Assembly (NCBI RefSeq): GCF_003231495.1
Contig: NZ_PQWO01000006.1
Span: forward strand, 210,001 to 242,000
Reading direction: 5' to 3'
DNA: 32,000 nt
Source of the DNA: Acaryochloris thomasi RCC1774
Lineage (GTDB): Bacteria; Cyanobacteriota; Cyanobacteriia; Thermosynechococcales; Thermosynechococcaceae
A model generated the notes under the pieces. The model saw nothing but the letters and a program-made list of their open reading frames with translations, was not told the origin of the DNA and searched no databases. Position numbers and translations under genes: made by a program. Shown here one piece after another: positions 1 to 8,593 of the stretch (its first letter is position 1; each line of letters opens with the position of its first letter).

Positions 1-1
1 T

Positions 2-304
2 CAAATACAATCTTTAGTTGATCTCTCTAATACTCTAAAGGAACAAGGCATAACGGCGATATTTTTAAATACCCCTGCTGTATACGGAGGGAATGATCAG
101 AGTATTGCTTTCAAGCTAGCATATAAAAGAGATACTCCCCCCATACATATCTTGGACTATAATGATCCTTCTCAATTTCCAAGTCTTTTTCAAGAGGATC
201 TATGGTATGACAACACTCATCTTAATCAGCAAGGTGCTCAGCTCTTAACACAGTATATAGCGAGTGATTTCTTGAAAAAATTTAGCGCGAGTCTGGAAGA
301 GTGA
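2..304 (+). CDS. 3' end of a gene truncated by the window edge. SGNH/AlgJ/DltD-like acyl-transfer partner of the downstream MBOAT (last ~100 aa only).
   Basis: The frame is open from position 2 to TGA at 302-304. It is absent from the ORF track because no start lies in the window. The translation ...LFQEDLWYDNTHLNQQGAQLLTQYIASDF... has a D-x-x-H-L...G block resembling SGNH block V and the AlgJ/DltD catalytic region. The stop overlaps the GTG start of the MBOAT gene (GTGA), which suggests translational coupling. Confidence 0.45.
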   Translation, partial: QIQSLVDLSNTLKEQGITAIFLNTPAVYGGNDQSIAFKLAYKRDTPPIHILDYNDPSQFPSLFQEDLWYDNTHLNQQGAQLLTQYIASDFLKKFSASLEE

Positions 305-1722
305 TTTTTACAGAGTTCAAATTTCTTTTCTTCTTTGCCGCTGTTTTTTGTGTCAACTGGTTACTGCGGAAATTTGTATTTAGAAAAATATTTCTATTGA
401 TTTGTAGCTATCTATTTTACGCCGCGTGGGACTGGCGATTCCTCTCTCTAATTTGGATGTCAACAATTGTTGACTATATTCTTGGTCTCCAAATGAAAAG
501 CGCACCAGATGTTTCTCGAAAGCGCTTCCTATTGTCTATTAGCCTTGTTGTTAATCTTGGAGTCCTTGGCTTTTTTAAATATTTTAATTTTTTCCTTGAA
601 TCAGCTTTTGATCTTTTAGCTTGGCTAGATTTGCCCACGAGTACTAACTCGCTTGAAATTATTTTGCCTGTGGGTATTAGCTTCTATACTTTTCAAACGC
701 TGAGCTATACGATTGATGTTTATCGAGGACATTTAGAACCAACGAGAAGCCCTATTGATTTTGCTTTATTTGTTGCTTTCTTTCCGCAATTAGTGGCTGG
801 TCCCATTGTGCGCGCGAGTGACTTCATCCCTCAGTTGAGCAAAGCGCGATCCTTCGTGACTGTTCCTGTGCGAGCTTGCCTAGTTTTATTCCTCTTTGGC
901 TTTTTTAAGAAAGCATGTATTGCCGACAGCATTGCACCGGCCGTTGATGCTGTTTATAGCCAACCTTCCGAATATTCTGCCTTTTCCATATGGCAGGCGA
1001 TCTGGCTCTATGCGATCCAGATTTACTGCGATTTTTCTGGTTATACAGATATGGCGATCGCCTGTGCTGGTTTACTCGGCTTCAGTTTTCCGGATAACTT
1101 CAACTATCCATACTTTGCTTCCAATATTTCTGATTTTTGGAGAAGATGGCATATTAGTCTTTCCACATGGCTTAAAGATTATCTGTATATTCCCCTTGGC
1201 GGTAACCGTGGCTCTAGGGGGGGCAGCTATCGGAATTTAATGATCACAATGGTTTTAGGAGGACTGTGGCATGGTGCTGCGTGGCGCTTTATCGCTTGGG
1301 GGGCAATGCATGGAGGCGCTCTTATTGGGCATAAAGTGTATCTGAAACAACAGTCTAGCCACCGGAGAGATCTTGACAAACAAGAAAAATTTATCGTCAG
1401 TCTTCTAGGAACCTTACTGACCTTTACATGGGTCTGTTTAGCTTGGGTATTCTTTCGTGCCGATGGTCTAGATGATGCAATGTCTGTTATTTTCAATTGT
1501 TTCTCTTTTGGTGCAGAGAGTAAGGCTACGCTTGGCTTTGAATATATTCCTTTGCTAATTGGTCTGCTGCTAACTCATTGGCTCAGCTACCGAGGGTACT
1601 TAGAAAGAGCCTTCAGTTCTCTTCCTGGTTGGGGGTTCTCACTCGTTTATGGCGCAGCTTATGCCGTCGTCTTTGCGGCTAAGCCAACAAACTATGAGCC
1701 ATTTATCTATTTTCAATTCTGA
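301..1722 (+). CDS. Membrane-bound O-acyltransferase (MBOAT; AlgI/DltB/PatA-like polysaccharide O-acetyltransferase)
   Basis: 473-aa polytopic hydrophobic protein. The N-terminus FTEFKFLFFF is typical of AlgI/DltB. It carries the signature MBOAT histidine block SDFWRRWHISLSTWLKDYLYIPLGGNR and a downstream GLWHG. Confidence 0.85.
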   Translation: MIFTEFKFLFFFAAVFCVNWLLRKFVFRKIFLLICSYLFYAAWDWRFLSLIWMSTIVDYILGLQMKSAPDVSRKRFLLSISLVVNLGVLGFFKYFNFFLESAFDLLAWLDLPTSTNSLEIILPVGISFYTFQTLSYTIDVYRGHLEPTRSPIDFALFVAFFPQLVAGPIVRASDFIPQLSKARSFVTVPVRACLVLFLFGFFKKACIADSIAPAVDAVYSQPSEYSAFSIWQAIWLYAIQIYCDFSGYTDMAIACAGLLGFSFPDNFNYPYFASNISDFWRRWHISLSTWLKDYLYIPLGGNRGSRGGSYRNLMITMVLGGLWHGAAWRFIAWGAMHGGALIGHKVYLKQQSSHRRDLDKQEKFIVSLLGTLLTFTWVCLAWVFFRADGLDDAMSVIFNCFSFGAESKATLGFEYIPLLIGLLLTHWLSYRGYLERAFSSLPGWGFSLVYGAAYAVVFAAKPTNYEPFIYFQF

Positions 1723-2449
1723 TATCTATCTACTTCAAGCAGAAACCTAGAAGCTTGGATCTTTACGCTGCTGCAACGTCTATTCTCTGAACAAGCTGTC
1801 TCTTGAGCTCTGGCAGTGTCTAATCGATTGTCATTGTATTAAAGATATCTCCCGTATCTTGTCGAATGAATATGCCGTTAGGAGTAAAATCCTGAATTTA
1901 GGTCAGATTCTTTAGGAAATAAGATATTCAGCTGACTAATCATTTGAGCAAAGCAGAGGATTCTAGTATGCTGATGTTGGGCGGAGTGTAGAGCGTTACT
2001 CTGCTGGCAAGCTACCAGACAGATGTTCTTAGTCTTCAAGTTGATGCCTGCAGAATGGGGGACATCTATAAGATTCTGTAGGTTGCTTTTTTAGAACATC
2101 TATCTTGTGGATTTGGTAATAGACAGAATTGGAGTCCGACCATTGGTCGATATTAGGCATCAAGGTTGTATAAGTCAGGTGGAGAGTTAGGCTCTCACTG
2201 GTTTACTCTGTAGCTCTCTGTGGCGGCCTTAACGTGTCATATCCAACAGACACATGCAAACTATTCTGAAATGTAGCCATAATAGAGAGGATATAGTTGT
2301 GCTTTGAGAAATTCGTTAGCATGGAAGCCAGTGAAACTAGGCTGTTAGCCAACTTTCTATGTGAGTTCTATACCTGCACTTAGATTTTCCGTTTTCTGTA
2401 AGCTCTGAATCCCAAGTGCTCTTTATCTCTTGGAGATAGGTTACATACG

Positions 2450-3187
2450 ATGTCTATTTTTACGCCAGTGATAACGCTGATAGGTTGGTTCCCAGGCCGG
2501 CCTGGAATGTCTCTAAGAAAGTTCCTGTATCCTCTTGTTTTGAAGAAGTTTGGCTCTCAAGTTTCTATAAAATCAAATGTTCAGCTCATTGGTCCTGATT
2601 TGATTGGCATTGAGAAGCATGTAAAGATCAGTAGAAATGTCATATTAGAGGCTAGAGAAAACTGCAGTTTTGCTGTCGGAGAAAAATCCATCCTCTCAGA
2701 GAACACCTACCTTAGAGGCGGTTACTGTGGCCGAATCAGCCTAAAAGAAGAGGTGCGCTTAGACTATGGTGTCTATATTCGCTCTGAGAAAGAGGGCGAT
2801 ATAGAAATTGGAGAACGTACTTATGTCGGACCTTATACCTGTATCGGGGGACCCGGACCTGTCAAGATTGGCCGTGATTGCATGATCGGCTCCCATACCT
2901 GCGTATACGGCAACAATCACAATTTCGGAGATCTCGCTCGTCGAATCAATGAGCAGGGGACAACGTCTAGGGGAATTGTCATTGAGGATAACTGCTGGCT
3001 GGGGGCAGGGGTAAAGGTCTTAGATGGAGTCACAATTGGTGAAGGAAGCGTCATTGGAGCGGGTGCGGTTGTGACGAGCGACATCCCGGCTCAGACTGTA
3101 GCAGTGGGTGTACCTGCTAGGGTTATTTCAAAACGCTGTTCCCAAGTGCCCATCGAAGAATCGAAGCCTAGACTTGTTGAGAATTAA
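2450..3187 (+). CDS. Hexapeptide-repeat (left-handed beta-helix) O-acetyltransferase, WcaF/LacA-like
   Basis: The C-terminal half has an imperfect hexapeptide periodicity: DNCWLGAGVKVLDGVTIGEGSVIGAGAVVTSDIPAQTVAVGVPARVISKR. This is typical of sugar O-acetyltransferases. Confidence 0.8.
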   Translation: MSIFTPVITLIGWFPGRPGMSLRKFLYPLVLKKFGSQVSIKSNVQLIGPDLIGIEKHVKISRNVILEARENCSFAVGEKSILSENTYLRGGYCGRISLKEEVRLDYGVYIRSEKEGDIEIGERTYVGPYTCIGGPGPVKIGRDCMIGSHTCVYGNNHNFGDLARRINEQGTTSRGIVIEDNCWLGAGVKVLDGVTIGEGSVIGAGAVVTSDIPAQTVAVGVPARVISKRCSQVPIEESKPRLVEN

Positions 3188-3531
3188 GTGAAGCCTAGCT
3201 TGCAATATCAGCATTCTGACTTGTCAATGATTAAAATGCTGAAATATATGACTTAAATAATTTTGCCTATCAGATGATCTTTTGATGAATTAGCAGATAG
3301 ACAATGTAGACATCTAATTTGAAACTAATTTGTAAGGTATGCAGCTATTCAGAAATAGCAGGCAGAAGCTCAAAGAATATCTTTCGCTACTATAGGCTCT
3401 CTTGCATTGCGTCCTACTGTAAGCTTCAATAGCCACAATGGCGCTTGATCGTCTGTAACAAGTCCTCATCAAGGTGTGAACTCTCACAACTGCTTATCAC
3501 TTCCGGGCTAGATTTACATCAGCATTCAAAA

Positions 3532-4464
3532 ATGAGTAGAAAGCCAATTTTACTAACTGGGTCACACCGTTCTGGCTCAACATGGGTAGGCAGAATGATC
3601 GCAGGAAATCCTTCTGTCGTCTATATTCGAGAGCCTTTTAATGTATCTCATCCTCCAGGGATCGGTATCAGCAGTGCAAGATTTGACCACTGGTATACCT
3701 ATATTTCAGATGAAAATGCAGATTGCTTCTACAGGAAAATCGAAAGGACGCTCAATTTCTCCTATGGTCTAGGTGCAGAATTAAGGGAAGAAAAACGCAG
3801 CAAAAATCTATATAAGATATCTAGAGAATTTCTAGCATTTAACAAATATAAAATTTTAGGAAAAAGACCTTTACTAAAAGATCCGTTAGCTTTGCTCTCG
3901 GCTGAGTGGCTTGCATCAAAGTTTGATATGGATGTCGTTGTTTTGATTCGGCACCCTGCGGCATTCGCAAGCAGTCTTAAGCAGAAGGGATGGGAGTTCT
4001 CCTTCTCTAATTTTTTAGACCAGGATGAACTCATGAGAGATCATCTCTATCCTTTTGAAGCTGCCTTAAAATCTTATGCGAACGGCGATTACGATATTAT
4101 CGATCAAGCTTCCTTGCTGTGGAAGGTCCTACATCATATGATCCAAAAATATCAAGAAACCCACGGTGACTGGCTGTTCGTTCGGCATGAGGATGTCTCG
4201 GAGCAGCCTCTGCTTGTCTTTCAAGACATCTTTAATTATCTAAACCTGGAGTTCACAGAAAAGAACTCTCAAGTAATCAAGGAATATAGTAGCGTTAGCA
4301 ATCCTGTTGAGGGTACAAGCGATGTAACCCACACTTTGAGGCGCAACAGCAAGGATAATATTAAGAGCTGGAAGAATAAATTAACGACTACCGAGATTGA
4401 AAGAATACGAACTCAGGTAGAAGCCGTTTCCTGTAACTTCTATGCTGATGAAGACTGGCAATAA
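3532..4464 (+). CDS. PAPS-dependent sulfotransferase family protein
   Basis: KPILLTGSHRSGSTWVGRMI matches the 5'-phosphosulfate-binding P-loop, and VVLIRHPAAFASSL resembles the 3'-phosphate-binding R-x7-S motif. The track ORF starts at TTG 3445. ATG 3532 (MSRKPILLTG...) places the P-loop at the usual N-terminal position, so I prefer it. Confidence 0.75.
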   Translation: MSRKPILLTGSHRSGSTWVGRMIAGNPSVVYIREPFNVSHPPGIGISSARFDHWYTYISDENADCFYRKIERTLNFSYGLGAELREEKRSKNLYKISREFLAFNKYKILGKRPLLKDPLALLSAEWLASKFDMDVVVLIRHPAAFASSLKQKGWEFSFSNFLDQDELMRDHLYPFEAALKSYANGDYDIIDQASLLWKVLHHMIQKYQETHGDWLFVRHEDVSEQPLLVFQDIFNYLNLEFTEKNSQVIKEYSSVSNPVEGTSDVTHTLRRNSKDNIKSWKNKLTTTEIERIRTQVEAVSCNFYADEDWQ

Positions 4465-4490
4465 TCGGCTGCTCTCTAATAAAATTTATA

Positions 4491-5576
4491 ATGACTCGTT
4501 CAAGATTTACGTTTTGTATCCCTAATCTCAATAAGATTCAGTATTTGCCAATTTGTATTGATAGTGTTCTGTCTCAAGATAGTGATGTCTGGGAATGTGT
4601 CATTGTTGATGGCTTTTCTTCTGATGGGAGTTGGGACTATCTACAGCAGTTTGCTTCAGATTCGCGCTTTAAAATACTGCGAGGGTTGAAGCAGGGTATG
4701 TATGCGGATTGGAATGAGTGTCTGAAGCATGTGGACACAGAGTATTTCTACTTTTTGCCCAGTGATGATGTTTGTAATGAGGATTTAGTCAGCAAGACAA
4801 CTCTCGCTCTAGATTCTCAACCCGATATTGATGCTTGCCATTTTCAGTTCAACTATGTTGATGAGCAGGGGCAGGTTACACGTTCATACGATCAGATTTT
4901 GCGATCGCAACTCTCGCTTTACTCTGGAGTTAGTCATTACGCTCATCGTCGATCTGCCCATTGTGAATTCATGATGCATTTTGTCTATCGCACTGTCTAT
5001 CGGACGATGAACTCACTGGTCTTCCGTCGAAATATTATTGGGAAAATGAATGGTTTCTCTAGTTCCTACGGTTCGGCCGGAGATTATGACTGGAGTATGC
5101 GCCTGAGCTTCTACACTGATGTTCTCTACATTCCAGAATTGCTGGCTGCTTGGCGTAGGTATGACGAACAAGCAACGCAGGCTCCTGGTTCACCCCAAAA
5201 TTTTGAAAACATCATTAAGATTGCTGCATCAAACCTTGAACAGTTTTTGCAACTAAATTCAGCTCACTATCTACATGCTCAGATGGAGAAGCAGAACCTA
5301 CTGGCTCACTTGAAGTACAAGTACCGGAACTCTGTTGATAGGCATTCTATCCAGAAAGACTTAGAGAAAGACAGCACGCCGTCAGATCTAAACATGCGAC
5401 AAGCATTGTTTGCACGGCTTGTTTTCTTCAGAGGTTTGAGCCTCAGATTTTTCGCACGTCTAACCCGTTATAGATTGTTCCCATATGTCTCTGAGAAGGG
5501 GTTTTCCCGAAAGTTGCTGCGTGATCTTGGGTTGACTTGGCCTCCCGTTTCAGTTGATTGGCCGCTGGATCGCTAG
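4491..5576 (+). CDS. Family 2 glycosyltransferase (GT-A fold)
   Basis: N-terminal FTFCIPNLNKIQYLPICIDSVLSQ...ECVIVDGFSSDGS plus a FLPSDDV (DxD-like) motif. Confidence 0.8.
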   Translation: MTRSRFTFCIPNLNKIQYLPICIDSVLSQDSDVWECVIVDGFSSDGSWDYLQQFASDSRFKILRGLKQGMYADWNECLKHVDTEYFYFLPSDDVCNEDLVSKTTLALDSQPDIDACHFQFNYVDEQGQVTRSYDQILRSQLSLYSGVSHYAHRRSAHCEFMMHFVYRTVYRTMNSLVFRRNIIGKMNGFSSSYGSAGDYDWSMRLSFYTDVLYIPELLAAWRRYDEQATQAPGSPQNFENIIKIAASNLEQFLQLNSAHYLHAQMEKQNLLAHLKYKYRNSVDRHSIQKDLEKDSTPSDLNMRQALFARLVFFRGLSLRFFARLTRYRLFPYVSEKGFSRKLLRDLGLTWPPVSVDWPLDR

Positions 5577-5764
5577 CACTGGCTAAACAGCATAATTTCG
5601 GGCCTCATTATCGATAGGCCGTGCGGGCTTTCTGTAGGCGCAAATTCTATTCATGATCTGTGTCTCTGGTGGCTGATTCCACTTGGGTGCCAGTAGACTT
5701 GAGGTGTGTGTTCTCAATGTTCGGCGCTGTCCATTCTCAGGACGATTGGATTATTATTAGTCCT

Positions 5765-7432
5765 ATGAATAAAAAAGTTGTTGCAATTGGTTTAGATGCG
5801 GCTCCACCCAAGCTACTCAATGAGTGGATGATGCAGGGGTTATTGCCTAATCTACAGTCTCTCCGCATGGGTGGGGCCTATGCGCCGCTGACGAACCTTG
5901 ATTACTTCAAAGCAGAGACCCCCTGGACTACCTTCCTGACTGGCTGTATGCCCCAGAAGACAGGATATTGGGGGCCTGTAAAATTGCAGTCGGGGACCTA
6001 TGAAATTGAGGAAATTGGAGCATACGATTTTCAGCCCTATGCTCCGTTTTATGCGTTAGGCGATCGCTATCGCGTTGCAGCTTTTGATGTACCCCAGTCC
6101 ACGCTTTCAGATCGCGTGAACGGTATTCAGGTCCTGGGATGGGGGGCTCATTCGCCACAGACCCCGAGCTACTCGAAGCCGGAACATCTCTTTGCCCAAA
6201 TTCAAAATCAGCATGGTGAGCATCCAGCCCTACATAAGGATCATGGAAGCTGGTGGGACTGCGCCTATATTAATCGCTTGCATCAATCGCTGCTAGAGGG
6301 GCTGAAGCGACGGGTTGATATCTGCCGTAGTTTACTGCGTCAAGAGGAGTGGGATCTCTTCCTGACGATTTTTGGGGAAACGCATTCAGCAGGACATGAC
6401 CTATGGCACTTGAGTCAACCGCAGCATCCGGTCTATCCCTATCGGGCTGAGGGAATGCCCCAAGGCGATCCAATGCTAGATGTTTTTCAGGCTGCAGATG
6501 ATGCTCTGGGCAAAATTCTCGCTGAAACGACGGACGATACCAGCATTGTGGTCTTTTCGGGGCACGGCAGTGGTGATAACAGTACTGATGTGATGAGTAT
6601 GCTGTTTTTGCCTGAGTTCCTCTACCGCTTTAATTTTGCGGGCGCGATGATGTTTGTGCCCGACGAGTTAAGTGTTGATGCGCCTCCTCTAGTGGCTTCA
6701 GCGCGTGATCAAGGTTGGTCTGAGGATATTTGGGAGCGCCGTTATGTTCGAAATCCTGTGGAGCGGCTTTTGCGATCGCATCTCCCCAAGAAATTTCACC
6801 GCTACATCAACCGTCTGTTTGCAGGTGATGGGCGACTGGCAACTTCGCAGCAGCTTAAAAGGCAGGGGCAGGCCTATTACTGGCAGCCAGCCATGTGGTT
6901 TAAACCCTTTTGGCCACAGATGAGAGCCTTTGCCCTGCCTAGTTTCTCGGAGGGCTATATTCGGATTAATCTGGCCGGACGTGAGCCCAATGGTCTTGTT
7001 AATCCTGAAAGCTATGATCAGCTGTGCGCTGAACTAACAGAGCAGCTTTATCTATTAGTCAATCCCAGGACGGGCAAGCCAGTCGTAGACAAAGTAATTT
7101 TGACGCGAGCCGCTGCTGATGATCGAGACGATCGCCTCCCTGACGCAGATCTAGTGGTCAAATGGAATGATGTTGCTGTAGATGTTGTCGAGCATCCTCA
7201 GTTGGGTCGTATTGGGCCCGTACCCTATCGGCGCACCGGCAGTCATCGTGCCCAAGGCTTTATGATTGCCAAAGGGCCAGGGATTGAGCCAGGATCGACG
7301 TTATCTGCTGGACACTGCGTTGATTTAGCGCCTACTATCCTAGACTTGATGGGTGCTCCTATCCCAGACCACTTGGATGGTAAATCTTTAGTTAAAGCCT
7401 CTCGCCATGCACATGCCGCAAATGCGGTCTGA
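5765..7432 (+). CDS. Alkaline-phosphatase-superfamily protein (type I phosphodiesterase/nucleotide pyrophosphatase-like)
   Basis: KVVAIGLDAAPP (metal-ligand Asp region), ETPWTTFLTGCMPQKTGYWG (nucleophile loop followed by TG..P...G), HSAGHDLWH and TGSHRAQGFMIAKGPGI together resemble AlkP-core motifs. The track ORF starts at GTG 5660. ATG 5765 (MNKKVVAIGLD) is the more likely start. Confidence 0.6.
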   Translation: MNKKVVAIGLDAAPPKLLNEWMMQGLLPNLQSLRMGGAYAPLTNLDYFKAETPWTTFLTGCMPQKTGYWGPVKLQSGTYEIEEIGAYDFQPYAPFYALGDRYRVAAFDVPQSTLSDRVNGIQVLGWGAHSPQTPSYSKPEHLFAQIQNQHGEHPALHKDHGSWWDCAYINRLHQSLLEGLKRRVDICRSLLRQEEWDLFLTIFGETHSAGHDLWHLSQPQHPVYPYRAEGMPQGDPMLDVFQAADDALGKILAETTDDTSIVVFSGHGSGDNSTDVMSMLFLPEFLYRFNFAGAMMFVPDELSVDAPPLVASARDQGWSEDIWERRYVRNPVERLLRSHLPKKFHRYINRLFAGDGRLATSQQLKRQGQAYYWQPAMWFKPFWPQMRAFALPSFSEGYIRINLAGREPNGLVNPESYDQLCAELTEQLYLLVNPRTGKPVVDKVILTRAAADDRDDRLPDADLVVKWNDVAVDVVEHPQLGRIGPVPYRRTGSHRAQGFMIAKGPGIEPGSTLSAGHCVDLAPTILDLMGAPIPDHLDGKSLVKASRHAHAANAV

Positions 7433-7470
7433 GCTAGAATCTATCCGCAAGCTCTCTCACTAAAGCGAGT

Positions 7471-8400
7471 ATGGCTGTCTGTATCTCTGCTGTTATTTGC
7501 ACCTTCAACCGCTCTAGCTATCTACAGAAAGCAATTCAGAGCCTTGTCGATCAGACACTCGCAGCACGTGAGTACGAGATTGTGGTCGTTGATAATGGCT
7601 CTACCGACAATACTCGGCAGACGGTCGATGAAATATTCAGCACGATTGAAAATCTGCGCTACATTTATGAGCCTAAAATTGGGCTTTCTCAGGCTCGCAA
7701 TACAGGCTGGAAGGCTGCAAAAGGGAAGTATATCGCCTATTTAGATGATGATGCGATCGCAACCCCCCATTGGCTCGCAACCTTAGTCCACGACTTTGAA
7801 AAGGTGATTCCCCAGCCTGCCTGTATTGGTGGGAAAATCGATCCGATTTGGGAAGCTGATCGCCCACAGTGGCTTCCCGATAGTCTACTGCCCTATCTCA
7901 CTATCCTAGACTGGTCCAGCGAGCCCAGCGTGATCGACGAAAGCCAATATATTGCCGGAGCTAACATGGCCTTTACTCATAAGGCCTTAAGTCTTGCCCA
8001 TGGTTTCCAAACTAAGTTTGGGCGTCAGGGCAAAAAACTGCTTTCAAACGAAGAACTTGCGCTTCAAAATCAGCTTCGCAAGCAGGGCTTTGATATTTAT
8101 TACAATCCTAAAGTCCTGGTTCGCCATCACATCGTCGTCGATCGCCTGAGACAAAAGTGGTTTATTCAAAGAACATACTGGCAGGGAGTATCGCGTGCCT
8201 TCTTGAAAGCCAGTGAACAGTCACCCTCAAGGCTGAAACGGTGGCGCATGAGTCTATCCTCTCTTCTTAATTTACTGAGATCGCCCCAGCCAATCATCTT
8301 GTCACTGCTTCCCAACAAGAATTCTCGTTGTCTAGAAGCAAGATGCCGTATCGCAAATATTACGGGATATATTATTGGGATTCTAGCGGCCAAAGACTAA
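7471..8400 (+). CDS. Family 2 glycosyltransferase
   Basis: ISAVICTFNRSSYLQKAIQSLVDQT...YEIVVVDNGSTDNT and YIAYLDDDAIA (DxD motif). Confidence 0.85.
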   Translation: MAVCISAVICTFNRSSYLQKAIQSLVDQTLAAREYEIVVVDNGSTDNTRQTVDEIFSTIENLRYIYEPKIGLSQARNTGWKAAKGKYIAYLDDDAIATPHWLATLVHDFEKVIPQPACIGGKIDPIWEADRPQWLPDSLLPYLTILDWSSEPSVIDESQYIAGANMAFTHKALSLAHGFQTKFGRQGKKLLSNEELALQNQLRKQGFDIYYNPKVLVRHHIVVDRLRQKWFIQRTYWQGVSRAFLKASEQSPSRLKRWRMSLSSLLNLLRSPQPIILSLLPNKNSRCLEARCRIANITGYIIGILAAKD

Positions 8401-8514
8401 CCGTAAATGACCTCTTTTGAAATCTGTATACGTATTGATTTGAACACCCGAGTGTCTTTGTAAATAAAGCCAGGGAGAGCTTGGTTTATGGAAATCTAAG
8501 CTTCCCTTGATACT

Positions 8515-8547
8515 CACCTTACGGCAGCAGTTGCAAACCGTAAGGTG
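8515..8547. terminator. Stem-loop between convergent genes (10-bp stem CACCTTACGG/CCGTAAGGTG, 13-nt loop)
   Basis: Perfect inverted repeat read directly from the sequence. No flanking U-tract. The left arm can alternatively pair with AAGGTGAG at 8552-8559. Confidence 0.35.
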
Positions 8548-8566
8548 TCACAAGGTGAGTATTACT

Positions 8567-8593
8567 ACTCTTTCTAAATAACTTAGAAAGAGT
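8567..8593. terminator. Stem-loop abutting the stop of the minus-strand gene (11-bp stem ACTCTTTCTAA/TTAGAAAGAGT, 5-nt loop)
   Basis: Perfect inverted repeat. It begins at the stop codon (8593-8595) of the 8593..9438 gene. No clear U-tract on either strand. Confidence 0.35.

Noticed and set aside
896-1496. Nested ORFs 896..1240 (+) and 1227..1496 (-) inside the MBOAT gene. Similar nested or antisense ORFs occur elsewhere, for example 3762..4034, 5928..6473, 7544..7867, 8166..8393, 8730..9150, 12444..14176, 19197..20095, 21475..21735, 22341..22820, 23713..24275, 24672..25071, 26747..27199 and 31246..31851.
   Set aside because: Each is embedded in, or antisense to, a longer ORF with clear family motifs. 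None shows motifs or translation signals of its own.
3445-5764. N-terminal extensions proposed by the ORF track (TTG 3445 for the sulfotransferase and GTG 5660 for the AlkP-family gene). The same applies to 14509 for prxQ, 27678 for LysR and 31782 for the SDR.
   Set aside because: Internal ATG starts place conserved N-terminal motifs at their usual positions and, where visible, have better SD sequences (AGGAAAG before 14515, AAGGAG before 31746). The extensions have no recognisable features.
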